Of a stretch of 64,000 bases of DNA, positions 1 through 13,656 are shown in pieces. Origin of the DNA: Octopus vulgaris (taxonomy: Eukaryota); NCBI GenBank assembly GCA_951406725.2, contig OX597819.1, forward strand, positions 3,658,001 to 3,722,000, in the 5' to 3' direction. The translations under genes and the position numbers were made by a program. The notes beneath the pieces were generated by a model, which was given only the letters and a program-made list of their open reading frames with translations, was not told where the DNA came from and searched no databases. How positions within the stretch are numbered: position 1 is the first letter of the stretch; each line of letters starts with the position of its first letter.

Positions 1-470
1 AAAATATGTTGTCTATTGACTATTTTATGCATGGTAGCCATGGTAGCCACTGGTAGAAAATTTCTTTAATTTCTCTACCCTATATATATTTTCTTAATAT
101 GATTTTAGTAATTTTGAAGAAATTTTTATTTACTGCTGACTATTACAGCGCTTGCGCGGTGAATTTGAAAAAATTATAATGTATAAAGATGAGACATGTA
201 CTCCCATAATTATACGTTAATTATTAGCGTCCTTGCTGATAAAGAACATGGATAACAAATTATCTTATTTGTTCATTAATGTTCGAAACCTAGGTACAAG
301 TGGTAACTATTGAAAATGTTTTTTTTATTATTTTTCATCCCGTTCGAAATTAATCTTAACCATCGTTTGGACTTTGACTGTTCCTTTTAGCATGTAAGAT
401 GCCCTGTTAAACTTACCTCTTTTGTGTACGAATGTACAATAATTATATATATATATAAACATAGTAAATA

Positions 471-861
471 GGCGCAGGAGTGGCTGTGTGGTAAGTAGCT
501 TGCTAACCAACCACATGGTTCCGGGTTCAGTCCCACTGCGTGACATCTTGGGCAAGTGTCTTCTACTATAGCCTCGGGCCGACCAATGCCTTGTGAGTGG
601 ATTTGGTAGACGGAAACTGAAAGAAGCCTGTCGTATATATGTATATGTATATATATGTATGTGTGTGTTTGTGTGTCTGTGTTTGTCCCCCTAGCATTGC
701 TTGACAACCGATGCTGGTGTGTTTACGTCCCCGTCACTTAGCGGTTCGGCAAAAAGAGAATAAGTACTGGGCTTACAAAGAATAAGTCCCGGGGTCGATT
801 TGCTCGACTAAAGGCGGTGCTCCAGCATGGCCGCAGTCAAATGACTGAAACAAGTAAAAGA
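471..861 (+). mobile_element. tRNA-derived SINE family A (CORE-like centre, internal microsatellite, CR1-derived 3' tail), full-length copy
   Basis: Head GGCGCAGGAGTGGCTGTGTGGTAAG (A box) and GGTTCAGTCCC (B box); CORE-like CTTGGGCAAGTGTCTT; internal (TA/TG)n; tail GGCGGTGCTCCAGCATGGCCGCAGTCAAATGACTGAAAC. Near-identical copies elsewhere in the window. Confidence 0.9.
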
Positions 862-1194
862 GGGTAATAAAAAATAAATTATTATTACCAGTGACCCAGC
901 ACAAAAGACGAGTTAGTCATTAGACTATATATTATTCATATATAAATACATTAAAAGGCTTCCAAATAAGGAAGCGCTGTGCTAGACACACAAAAAGGGG
1001 ATAAATTCATGAAAGGAATGAAAATCAAGAACGCTTACCATCTCAGTTAATCCTATACCGACGGTTTCATCTTTTTTAGCAAAAAAATCTGATTTAGCAA
1101 AAAAAAAAAATATATATATATATATATGTATATATATGTGTATGTGTGTGTGTGTATATATATATATATAGGCATATGTAAATACGGTGGGAGG

Positions 1195-1375
1195 GTGTCT
1201 TTGTGTTTGTACCCCACTCCCACGTCCCTGTAACATAGCCATTCGGCAATATATCTCAATACAATAAGCACCAGGCTTAAAATCATAAGTACTGGGGTCG
1301 ATTTGTTTGACAAAACCATTCAAGGTGTTGCTCCAGCATGACCGCTTCTCAATGACTGCAACAAGTAAAAGATTA
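1195..1375 (+). mobile_element. SINE family A, 3' half
   Basis: AAGTACTGGGGTCGATTTG...GCTCCAGCATGACCGC...AATGACTG tail. Confidence 0.75.
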
Positions 1376-1699
1376 AATAATGCATGATAAAAATGTTAAC
1401 GATATTCAGATATAGTAGAAATGGAATGCGAAATATTCATCGAAATTTAGTAGATGGGTACATCGAGAATACTTGATTTATTATTGTGGTTATATTTATT
1501 ATGTATTTATATCAATATTTAAATTTACCAGTCTGATTATTTCTGCATTTATGAGAAGATTATTCATTGTTTTGTAACAAAAGTCTTTAGTAAAATGATC
1601 CAGTTTGATATTTGAATATTCAATATAAAACGTTAGTTTGGTGTTTGTGTGTGAATTTAAGCAATATTTAAGTTATATTGTCGATACAGAAAATCCATA

Positions 1700-1900
1700 A
1701 AGCCGGTGAACTAGCTGAAAAAAGTGCTTAGCGGCATTTCTTCCAATTTGAGTTTTGAATTCAAATGCCATCGGGGGCGAACTTGCTTTTCATCCTTCAG
1801 AGTGGATAAAATATTTACCAGTTGAACACTGGGGACGATGTGATCGACTTACCCACTCCAAGGAAACTGCTAGCCTTATGCTAAGATTTCAAACCAATAT
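1700..1900 (+). mobile_element. SINE family B, diverged copy
   Basis: TGCTTAGCGGCATTTC...TTGCTTTTCATCCTTC...GATAAAAT...CCAGTTGAACACTGGGG. Confidence 0.65.
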
Positions 1901-1913
1901 ATAAAGTTCATAA

Positions 1914-2127
1914 GGCGCCGAGCTGGCAGAAACGTTAGCACGCCAGGCGAAATGTTTAACAGCATTTCGTCTGTCTTTACGTTCTGAGTTCAAATTCCGC
2001 CGAGTTCGACTTTGCCTTTCATCCTTTTATGGTCGATAAATTAAGTACAGTTGCGTACTGGGGTAGCTCTAATCGACTGCCCCCCTCCCCAAACATTTTG
2101 GACCTCGTGTCTAGAGTAGAAAAGAAT
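1914..2127 (+). mobile_element. tRNA-derived SINE family B (conserved central GCCTTTCATCCTTTCGGGGTCGATAAA domain), tail type i
   Basis: Head GGCGCCGAGCTGGCAGAAACGTTAGC, B box GAGTTCAAATTCC; more than 10 related copies in the window. Confidence 0.85.
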
Positions 2128-2351
2128 ATATAAAGCTCATAAAAACAGTGAATGCATAATAATACATACATTTATACATACATACATATATGCATCCATA
2201 AACATGCATGAATAATCCATCCATCCATCCATCCATCCATACACACATACATACATACATGCATACATACATATATTACAAATATAATCTGTAAATGGAA
2301 CAGTAAAAATATGCAAGACTTTTCTCACGTTTAAAATGTGAATGCGTTTTC

Positions 2352-2516
2352 CAAGGCCGGCCCTAGGGTTGTTACCACCCACGGGCAAGCTCAGCTTCGG
2401 CGTGTACAAGCTGACGGTCGTGGAAATTTTCTTGTCTTTGTCACGCCCTCCTTGGTGCCCCCTAGCATGGCACCCTGGGCGACTGCCCGAGTTGCCGGTA
2501 CCTTGAGCCGGCCTTG
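2352..2516. mobile_element. hAT-like MITE
   Basis: TIRs CAAGGCCGGC...GCCGGCCTTG; 8-bp flanks GCGTTTTC (2344-2351) and GTGTCTTC (2517-2524) match 6/8, consistent with a decayed 8-bp TSD. Confidence 0.7.
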
Positions 2517-2919
2517 GTGTCTTCCTATCAATATTCCAAAGATGGAGCTTGGTATCTTTTTCAGAAACCAGCTCCTTTACAGAAAGATTTCAATTAGTTC
2601 ATAACAAAAGAAAACATACAGAGAAACTTATCTGATGATGGTGATATTGACAAACCACAGAAATGGCGAAACATCGATGCCCATTACTCTTAGATGGGAT
2701 TAGAGGTGAGTTATCTCGCCTGTCCATGACTTTCACGTGTTTTAACACTCGGCACTTTGAGAAAGTATTCTCCACCACGTTACAACGCATGCACATTAAG
2801 TATATGTGGTTGATAATGTTTATTATAAATAAATATATTTATAAATGTAGGTACCTATAAATGTATGCGTGTTCGTGTATGGGAGTATATGCGTGTGCGT
2901 GAAAAAATTGTTTTCCGTC

Positions 2920-3400
2920 CTGACTGCAGGATGAGTATGGACACACGTGAATAGAAAGTGCAGAAGTAAGCACCATGGACATCTCACAGATAAAGACGAT
3001 AGAAAAGAAGGCGAAAGTCTTAAGTGTTTGCATTAGTGGTGGAATGCCAATTCGCCGAGTGCTCCTCCCAGGGATGCGATCCAGAATATTAATGGGCGTA
3101 GTAGAAGCACCGACCAAAATGTGAACAATACTCTGCTGTGAGATTTCAGCAGCTGTTGGTGGGGAAATATCTTCTGGCCCTAAAGAAAAGGGTAGTTTGT
3201 AGGGTGGAATCTTAGCAATGCTAACGATGTACCGAGTTCATTACTGTTGTCTGGAACTCCAGGATTGCTTTAGTGCAATTTCTTTAAACCAACATCCCAC
3301 TAGTGAGTGATAGGAAAGAGTAGATTTGCAGGAGATCTGGATCTATGGAACAGTACAGTGAGTCACTGAAATTTCAGGCTTTGTGCCTATAGTAAAAAGG
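2920..3400 (-). pseudogene. Decayed CR1-group LINE ORF2 C-terminal fragment
   Basis: Broken frames give QQLLK...EYCSH..GASTTPINILDRI..R..R.IG, resembling the post-RT region of CR1/L2-group ORF2. Confidence 0.55.
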
Positions 3401-3452
3401 GTTATCAGTATTGTTACAACTATATATACAAACCTACCTACATACATACATA

Positions 3453-3453
3453 C

Positions 3454-3540
<87 letters not shown>

Positions 3541-3586
3541 CCTACCTACCTACCTACCTACCTACCTACCTACCTACCTACCTACC

Positions 3587-3640
<54 letters not shown>
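3453..3640. repeat. Compound (TATC)n(TACC)n(TATC)n microsatellite
   Basis: Directly visible. Confidence 0.95.
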
Positions 3641-3642
<2 letters not shown>

Positions 3643-3831
3643 ATTTATACACATATTGGCACAGGCGTTACTGTTTGGTAAGAAGTTTGCTTCCCAACCA
3701 CATGGTTCCAGGTTCAGTCCTGCTGCGTCTCCCCGCAGCAAATGTCTTCTACTATAGCATCGGCCCGACTAAACCCACGTGAATAGAACTGGTTGACAGA
3801 AACATAGAAAAACGTTGTGTATATATATATA

Positions 3832-4645
<814 letters not shown>

Positions 4646-4659
4646 GTGTGTGTGTCTTA

Positions 4660-4845
4660 GTAGCTGTGTCTGTCCCCACACTGTTTAACAACCGGTGTTT
4701 GTGTGTTTATGTCTCCGTAACTTAAGGCCGATAGAATAACTATCAGGCTTAAAAAGACTGGGGTCGATTGTTTTGACTAAAAAAATCCTCAAGGCGATGC
4801 TCCAGCATGCCCGCAGTCTAATGACTGAAAAAAAGTAAAAGATAA
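4660..4845 (+). mobile_element. SINE family A, 3' half
   Basis: Tail AAGGCGATGCTCCAGCATGCCCGCAGTCTAATGACTGAAA. Confidence 0.75.
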
Positions 4846-4857
4846 AGGATATGTATG

Positions 4858-4937
<80 letters not shown>

Positions 4938-4938
<1 letters not shown>

Positions 4939-5350
4939 GCGCAGGAGTGGCTGTTTGGTAAGTAGCTTGCTAACCAACCACATGGTTCCGGGTTCAGTCC
5001 CACTGCGTGGCATCTTGGGTAAGTGTCTTCTGCTATAGCCCCGGGCCGACCAATGCCTTTTGAGTGGATTTGGTAGACGGAAACTGAAAGAAGCCTGTCG
5101 TATATATGTATATATATATAAGTGTGTGTGAATATGTTTGTGTGTCTGTGTTTGTTCCCCTAGCATTGCTTGACAACCGATGCTGGTGTGTTTACGTCCC
5201 CGTCACTTAGCGGTTCGGCAAAAGAGACCGATAGAATAAGTACTGGGCTTACAAAGAATAAGTCCCGGGGTCGATTTGCTCGACTAAAGGCGGTGCTCCA
5301 GCATGGCCGCAGTCAAATGACTGAAACAAGTACAAAGTGTAAAAAAGAGT
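4938..5350 (+). mobile_element. SINE family A, full-length copy
   Basis: Nearly identical to 471-861. Confidence 0.9.
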
Positions 5351-5918
5351 AATATATACATACATACATATCGTTTATCATATCCATCAATGTTTTATCA
5401 TAAACACCACTTTCGTCTTGCCGCCCATTTCATTTCACACTCACACCTACTGCCACCTGTTAATTCACATCTTCACTGCACACACAATACGATTATATCT
5501 ACACACCAACTACACCCGCAACTATCTCACACTACTGCACTTTCACACTTGCTCACCTCTACATACCTACACACATCCCTAAAACTACATACACTCTCTG
5601 TATTGTACTCAATTCATAAATGCACTCCTGTCCATGAAACCCACCTATCCTCCTCCTTTCTTGACTACTGCATAAAACTACATTTCTATCTAGCTCCTAA
5701 CACCTTCATTGTTTACTTCGCTTATCACATTTTCTCATTCATTCTCTTTTATTCTTTCCTCACTTACTTCTAATGAAAGACCTGCGTCCGAAACGGCATG
5801 ACTCTTTCTGTTCCTTTTAAATATTAAATCAGTACAACGTTTGTAAAAATGTCCCTCTCGAGCTATTTTCTTTCTTTTTGTGTTTATTGTTCCCTTCCAT
5901 ATATACATAGATACATAT

Positions 5919-6045
<127 letters not shown>

Positions 6046-6129
6046 CATACATATATATACACACATGCATGCATACATACATACATAATACATTCATACA
6101 TATATATATATATATATATGGATTTCTAT

Positions 6130-6900
6130 AGTAATTCCGATAATATATATTGCAAATTATACGAAATTATCGGCATTATATTTTAGATTGTATACATAAA
6201 AATTTCCTGATGTGGGCGACAAGATCTTAATCTTACACATTACGAATGGCTATGAATGTTATAGATTCAGAAAACATCTCATAAAATTACTCAGAGAAAT
6301 AGTTGTACGAATTATAGTTGATACCAATCTTAGTATAGCTCTTTATTACTTTACACTTAGTTATAAATAAATTCAATTCTTACCAAAAACTTGTATGTGA
6401 AAAAATTTTATGGAAGTTAATAAGAATTCTAATCATGTGTCCATTATTCTGCGAAGTTTCATTTCTAATATTAACAAATATATGTCCTCTGCTGGAGTCT
6501 TTAATATTAGCCTTCTTTTCGTTATTATTATCAGATAACACTCGATTGCGATTATTTTTTTCAGATAAAATCCCATATATTCCTCGTCCTAAATCCTCAA
6601 CGCGTAATGAGAGAATCAGAAATATTCAAAGACATAAACCAGCTTCCAGTTTCAGTCTAAGCATAAATATCACCAATGAAATTCTGAATTTAAATTCTAT
6701 TCAATTTCCTATAAACCATATATGGCCATAACACAAAAACAGCTAAAATCTTAGCTAATTTTGGCTGTAAGCATTTTGCTTTCTCTGTTACACATTTCGA
6801 TTCAAAAGTGTCTTCAAATAAAATAATAGTCTTTTCTCATACCTGAAATTGCATTACTCCAAGCAACTGCTCACTCAACGGTATATGAAAGTTACAAACA
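6130..6900 (+). pseudogene. Decayed Naiad-like Penelope element: pLTR relic followed by RT thumb/linker fragment
   Basis: Frames give VNKNSNHVSIILRSFISNINKYMSSAGVFNIS (cf. YSNHARAIAKNLVKNISLRLSKLSANVDIFN in the 31-32 kb element), then FSDKIPY..RNERIRNIQRHKPASS..INITNEILNL..QFPINH, then *NCITPSNCSLNGI* (CxCx5Cx5C knuckle). Confidence 0.7.
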
Positions 6901-7420
6901 GAAAAGTAGTTAACTTACAATTTAGCACTGTATTCAAAACTATACCAGATTAACTGTAAACAAAGTCAAGTTATGGTTTTACATGCTATGCATTTAGAGA
7001 AGAGCGATTTGGGAAAAATTTATCCTACTATCTTTGATTTATGATAGCATCTAATCCCATCGCGTTTAAAATAAAATGAGCAGCATGTGGTACTTCATTA
7101 ACATGGTTCTTATCGCCCTGACTTTCGTTTTAGTTAAGGTTCACAGGTATTCAAGGTAAAATCCACTTCTAAATGTTTACTCTGTAGTTTTCTACATCAA
7201 CAACTTTCTTTCTCCTACAACGACTAGCATCTCTGACTTCGAAGAAATTGGACTTTTGCTGTCATTTTTGCTGTCATTATCTCCTCATCTTGATGATTGG
7301 AAATAGTTTATTTTTACCTCGAATTAATTTCCTCTTCATATCACGGATAATCTGCACCCTCAATTTTTTGGTTTGATAATGAGGAGTAACACATTGTTAT
7401 ATTTATAAGAAGCGTTAATA

Positions 7421-7760
7421 TATCCATCCATCCATCCATCCACTTCTCCACCCACTATTCCGGGGAGGGTCGTGGGATAGAATCTTAAGATACCTCCTCC
7501 ATAGGGTCCTATCAAAAGCAACCGTCATTACACTTTCTGGTTGGATTCTCAAGCGCGACCAACTGGAACTATGCATATTATCAACCATTTTATTCTTGGT
7601 CTGTCCTGAGGTCTCCTGTCGGTTAGCTCGGCTTCAAGAGTCTGTCTTGCGTTACTTTCCAGCATTAGCATATTTGATTTTATGAGAAGATAATGAAAAG
7701 ATATATTTACTACTATTTGAGTTTCGATGAATAACAGGGAGATAATTGAAATCTTTTGAT
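7421..7760 (-). pseudogene. RTE-clade LINE 3' end
   Basis: ARQTLEAELTDRRPQDRPRIKW matches the RTE C-terminal G-R-R-P-R-G-R-P-R-x-R-W motif; (GGAT)n tail. Confidence 0.65.
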
Positions 7761-7777
7761 ATAATAGGTGCAATCAA

Positions 7778-7990
7778 GGTGGTGAGGAGGCAAAATCGTT
7801 AGCACACCAGGTAAAATGTTTAGCGGCATTTTGTCTATCTTTATGTTCTGAGTTCAGATCCCGCCGGGGTCGACTTTGCCTTTAATCCTTTCGGGGGTCA
7901 ATAAAATAAGTACCAGTTGCACACTGGGGGCATGTAATAGACCTGCCCACTTCCCGAACTTACTGGCTTTGTGCCAAAATTTGAAACCAA
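7778..7990 (+). mobile_element. SINE family B, tail type i
   Basis: GTCGACTTTGCCTTTAATCCTTTCGGGGTCAATAAAATAAGTACCAG. Confidence 0.8.
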
Positions 7991-8002
7991 TATAACAGGT
8001 TG

Positions 8003-8420
8003 AGGCGAGGATGTGTGGCAAGATGTTTGCTTTCCAATCACATGGTTCCGGGTTCAGTCCCACTGCGTGACAACTTGAGCGAGGTAAGTGTCTTCTATTA
8101 CAGCTTCAGGCGAACCAAAGTCTTGTGAGTAGATTCGGTAGACGGAAACTGAAACAAGCCCGTCGTACATATAGATATGGTTTGTGTGTGTGTGTGTGTG
8201 TGTTTGTGCTTCTGTTTATCTCCCACTTGATAACCGGTGTTGGTGTGTTTACTTCCCCCCAACTGGCGGCCCAGTAAAAAGAGATCGATAGAATAAGTAT
8301 CAGGCTTTACAAGAAAAGAAGACAAAATAAGTACTAGGGTCGATTTGTTTAGCTAATATTCTTCAAGGTGGTGCCGTGGCATGGCCGCAGTCTAATAACT
8401 GAAACATAAAAAATTAAAAG
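8003..8420 (+). mobile_element. SINE family A, diverged full copy
   Basis: Head, centre and tail all recognisable. Confidence 0.8.
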
Positions 8421-8487
8421 ATAATAGATATGTAAGATATGTATTTAAACGCACAAATACACACACGTACACACACGCACGAACACA

Positions 8488-8532
<45 letters not shown>

Positions 8533-9576
8533 ACACATTTTCGATACTTCTTTTAGTTCGCCCAAAATTACAAGCAAAAACTTATATTTCTACGGCCCAC
8601 AGGCAGCATTAAGTCGAGCCGCTCTACTTTAGATTGTTCACAATACAGCTGCGTGGAATGAAACCTCGATTTTATGTGGTTCTTATCTTGTTTTACTTAA
8701 GTTTAACCCTTGCTATAACGCTTGAGAGAGATGTGTTACTAGTCGTGTCAAATGTAAACACAATCCACTTCAACTCGAGAGATAAAAATAGACCATAGTG
8801 CTTCAGTTCATTAATTGTTAATCATATGCAGAAGCAAATAGAAAAAGTATTGAAATTCTAATGAGACAGGGGTTCTAGAAGCAGATAACCATTAAAAATA
8901 CATACAGGGTTATTACCAGTTCAAATATGCTTGGGGCATATTCGAACTCGTAAGAAAGCCATTCACTGGGGTTCATCATGAAGAAGATTTCTCGATGTTG
9001 ATAAATAGCGTAAATACACTAAAATAAAACCGCAACGAGACCTACACGAGCTGTGAGAGACAACCATTTTGGAGTAGTAATCTCCTCTCCAGGCACAGTA
9101 ACCGGGGTGTGTGCACTGCAAGCCGATAATAGAGATGGTCTCCCTTATGATATACCCATCATCGTAAAGTGTCTGGTAGCGCTTAATAGGCGGCTCACCG
9201 CAAAGAAATTACAGGGTGGCAGCGCTAAGTAGTGGTGTGTATAAATACGAGGTTATTTATTACCAGTTCAAATATACCTGCTTTCACCAGTTGTTACAAT
9301 GAAATATGGTGAGAGTACTGAGTACGATCGAGTGACGATGGAATGGTTTCCACAACATCGGATTAATGAAGTGAAATTGTCAAATCGTTTGATATTAGAA
9401 CATGAGTGAGTTGTTTAGTGCAGGATGGTTAGATCTGTAAATTCAAATTATTTTTGTTAATTTTTCCGTAGTTGAAACGAAATACATAATCTTTTATATT
9501 TTCATGGTTTAACAACTAGCGGTTATTTCTCCTATAAAACTTCTTATAGTAATGTTGACCATGATAAGTCAACATA

Positions 9577-9748
9577 GGCGGAGTCGTGGCTGTGTGGTAA
9601 GAAGCATGCTTTCCAACCTCATGGTTCCGGGTTCAATCACACTGCGTGGCACCTTGGGCGAGTGTCTTCTACTATAGCCTAGGGCGGACCAAAGCCTTGT
9701 GAGTGGATTTGTTAAACGGAAGCTGAAAGTAGCCTGGCGTGTGTGTGT

Positions 9749-9807
<59 letters not shown>

Positions 9808-10520
9808 ACTATATATATACATACAGTAAGAGGAAGGATATAATATCTAGGCGCGCCTGCTCCAGAGAAGGCCAAGGTTGTATCATCTGCTGGGAAAGTG
9901 ATGGCCTAAGTATTTTGGAATGCAAAAGGCATTGTATTTATTGACTATCTTCAAAAGGACTACATCATTAATGGAGGATACTATGCCAACTTGCTGAAGC
10001 AGTTACGAAGGGCTATGCGGACCAAACGTCCAAGAAAATTGAGGAAGGGGATGTTGTTTCATCAGTATAACTATATATATATATATACATACAGTAAGAG
10101 GAAGGATATAATATCTAGGCAGATCGGGAATTTCTGTGAGTGAAGAGCTAAGGCTGGTTCCTTCTGATGGTGCATTTATTGTTAATCTTCCTTTACCTTC
10201 CATCCGATGTTTCAGTTTATTTCTTGGCTATGTAGAGTGTAAAGCACAATACTTTACAATTGTACTTTATACTCTAATGTGTGTTTGTGTTTGTGTATGT
10301 GTGTGTCAGTGTTTGTGCCCACTTCACCGCTTGGCAACCAGTGCTAGTCTGCTTACGTCTCCGTAATTTTGCGGTTCGGCATAAGGGTCCGATAGCATTC
10401 GTACCAGACGTAAAATAGTAAAGTAAGTATTGGGGTCAATTCATTCGACCAAAAATTCCCGAAGGCGGTGCCCCAGCATGGCCGCAGTCTAATAACCGAA
10501 ACAAATAAAAGATAAAAGAT
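9577..10520 (+). mobile_element. SINE family A split by insertions into its internal (TG)n tract
   Basis: 5' half 9577-9800 and 3' half ~10275-10520 separated by mariner and PLE-like pieces. Confidence 0.7.
9856..10066 (+). pseudogene. mariner (DD34D) transposase fragment
   Basis: PAPEKAKVVSSAGKVMA*VFWNAKGIVFIDYLQKDYIINGGYYANLLKQLRRAMRTKRPRKLRKGMLFHQ. Confidence 0.85.
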
Positions 10521-10873
10521 AAACATAAGGTTGTGAAATACTCAAATTTTACTTGAAAAGTTCGTTAAATGAATGTAATAATCAAATGTATTAGGAAGTC
10601 AGTTAAAATCCTGTATGTATTTTTTGCTTGAGATAAACTAGCATTGAAAATCAAATATACTATTTTACTCCTTTGCTGGATTTACTCATTGGATTGTGGC
10701 CATCGTTGAGTAAATGTCTTCAGACCTTTTCCTCAACTGCAGTGTTTATTTCATTTTCTTATTTTGTCGATATCTATTTATCGAATGTTTGATTAGGCAA
10801 AGAGGGTCGTAACTCTATGCATCGCTTACACCGGTATATACAAATATACAATCACAGACAGATACAAATAAAC

Positions 10874-10924
<51 letters not shown>

Positions 10925-11309
10925 GACGTCCGCACAGATTTCGTCTATCTTGTTCAAGATTCCGTGCGGTGGAATAGAACCCAAAACAACGTGAGCTTCT
11001 AAGCCACATACGTCTACATACTTTTCTCTCTTCGATGAAAAACTTCATCAAAGCGCCAGAATTCTCGTCTCCCGACGACATACTAAATTATATAAATTAA
11101 CGGACTTCAATACAAATTTTCTTAAAAACAGTGTTTTTCTTTCGAATTTGTCTTTGAACACGAAAGCTTTTATGTTTCTATTCGATAATAAATACTGACT
11201 TTCATATTACCAATTTGATCATGACAGTTTCAAGGCACCCCAAATATTGCTCTCTGTCAAAAGTCTCAATATTTGAATTTATATTTGATTTTCCGTTTGT
11301 AGTGGTCAG

Positions 11310-11357
<48 letters not shown>

Positions 11358-13656
11358 CTGATCCCTCTTTCAGTTGTTTAAAATAACTTCTTGTTAAACT
11401 AATAAGTAGATGACTGAGTACTTGGCAGACACATGTCTCTTAACGTGATTCTCGGGCTGACTCAATACGACACACCATGCGACAAGGCGAGTTCTTTGAA
11501 TAGCAGTTTCAATTAATTCTTTCCACGGGCTTCTAAGCAGTTTTCGTCTACAAGTTTCACCACCCGAGGCTATGATAAAAAAAAAAGCAGCTTGCCTTCG
11601 TTTATGGTTATGTGGGAAAAATAAGACTGAACGGTAAATATATTTAAAGTGCTAATGCACCCATAAATATTGCTCTCAGATGTTTATATTATTATCATAT
11701 TCGCTTGTATATCTGATAAATTGTCTGTGTTACATTAAAAACAAAAAATGGTTGGGTCTTGAGGAAGTGGCCGTCCCTACGGCTTTGCAGGTTTCCAGAC
11801 ACGTTGGTGTTCTCTGGACAGTTCGAGGAAATACTTGGGCAAGGAAGGGAATCTAGTGGAATGACATTCTTGGAAAGAAGTGTTGTGAATATATTTTGTG
11901 GAGACAGAATGAAGACTAAGATGGCGAGAGACAAGTGAATTAAGTGTACCTGAGTGTAAGTAGCATGAACTCAACCAGTCCAGTAGACACCATGATAGTT
12001 GAAGAGTCAGAGGAGACAATGTAGTGAGTTGATGCACAACAATATAACATCTAGGCTATCTGTATGCACAGCACAGCAACAAAGCTGTTTGAGAATAACT
12101 CATTTAAGTTTTTAAATGGCCAGAAGCTTGTTGGGAGCTGAAGTATTTTCTTGTCCCGAAGGGGAATTTCAATATTTGCTTTGTTGGGTATGAGAGGTTG
12201 TCAGGAGAGAACATCAGTAATGGCGAGAGCTAATATTTATAGAGACCTTAAAGATTCTCGTTGCGTGTTGTTCATGACTGGAAGGGACACAATTATTTTC
12301 ATCAATAACTGCCACAATTTGCTCTGCATCCAACATTAGAGAGAAGCAAATTGATTATTTGCTGTTAAAATACAAAGAATAAAATATTTCAAAACCGACA
12401 AGCAACGATATGATAGATGTGATCACTATGAATCGATGGCATAATCAGGTTTGCTTCACTGTTCAAATGCATATCAAGGGAAATTTAGGTAAACTGGTCT
12501 ACTAGTTTTCGTAGTGAATAAAGAAAATCTATGATTCGCTATTGTATAGATCATTTTGATCAATGATTTATCTCCTGTACACAAGACCTTCACTGGAAAA
12601 AAACTGTAGCTTATTTAATTTTCCATCATCTTTGTTTTTGTTTCTGCACAAATATCTTTAAGGAAATATGAATTTAATTTTTATTCTTCATGCCTTTCTT
12701 GTGATCATTATCTTTGGTGATGCCATTTTATTATTGGTTTGATCTGCAGGTCTTTCCAGATTGATGATATCGGCGAGGTTAGCGTTTTCCTTGAAGAATT
12801 TCAGTCCACTGCTGCAGGAAAGATATGTACAAGGAAGGAGGATCGGCTACGATTAATGGCTAGTGCAGGACCTTGGAGGAGGGACGCAAGGAGTGGAAGT
12901 GAGAAAATATTAACCAGGTCTGAATTGCGGGTGCCACTGTATTTGTGGTAGAAATGTTAAAGAGAAAAAATGTCGAAGTATGTTGATTCGCAGTTTCAGA
13001 GAAAAAGACATTAATAAATCCCTTTTGTAATTAATAAATATTAATTCTTCCATTTTCATTAGTGTTGGTGTCATTTTTTTTAGTGTCTTCCTCTTTATCA
13101 AACAACAAATTCATAATAGTCTGTACAATCTGAAAGACAATGATAGTCTGTTTTGTTGAAGTACTGTTAGACACTTCACGATGAAACATTAAAGCTAACG
13201 GCGATAGTCGTTATTGTGACTATATATAACAGACTATATTCGAAGAGACTGGAGAAATAGAAACGTGTAACAATTATGTTTTACAGCATTAAGCGTGGAA
13301 TGAGTTATATGTGGCTAGATATAGATGCAATGGATACAGGAATTGGATTCAGATTGTGCCAATGAAACTGCTTCTATACAATCGCACAGATAACCATATC
13401 ATACATCATAAGTATATATGTATATAATACAGTACGAGATCAATACAAATTCATTGCAGGATATTTATTTCAATAGCATTTTTGTTGCGTGAATATGAGC
13501 GTTGATCAAGCCAACTATGGGTGCAGGTGTTGGATATATTAACAAATATGTATCTATATATATATATGGGTGACAGCATAGTTAGCAAACAACGCCTAAA
13601 AACTTTTCTTCAGTTTTTTAATGTTCGACCTATGCATTAAGTACATATTTCGAATA

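Noticed and set aside
328-707. Recurrent ORFs such as [22 protein letters not shown] and RQSRPRRNLNSER
   Set aside because: Antisense translations of SINE families A and B
5766-5802. CTAATGA...GAAAC hammerhead
   Set aside because: G5 mutated and no UH/stem I; counted only as a decayed relic
11690-13200. Possible decayed DNA transposon (piggyBac-like) or host exons
   Set aside because: No diagnostic motif, TIR or consistent splice frame could be read
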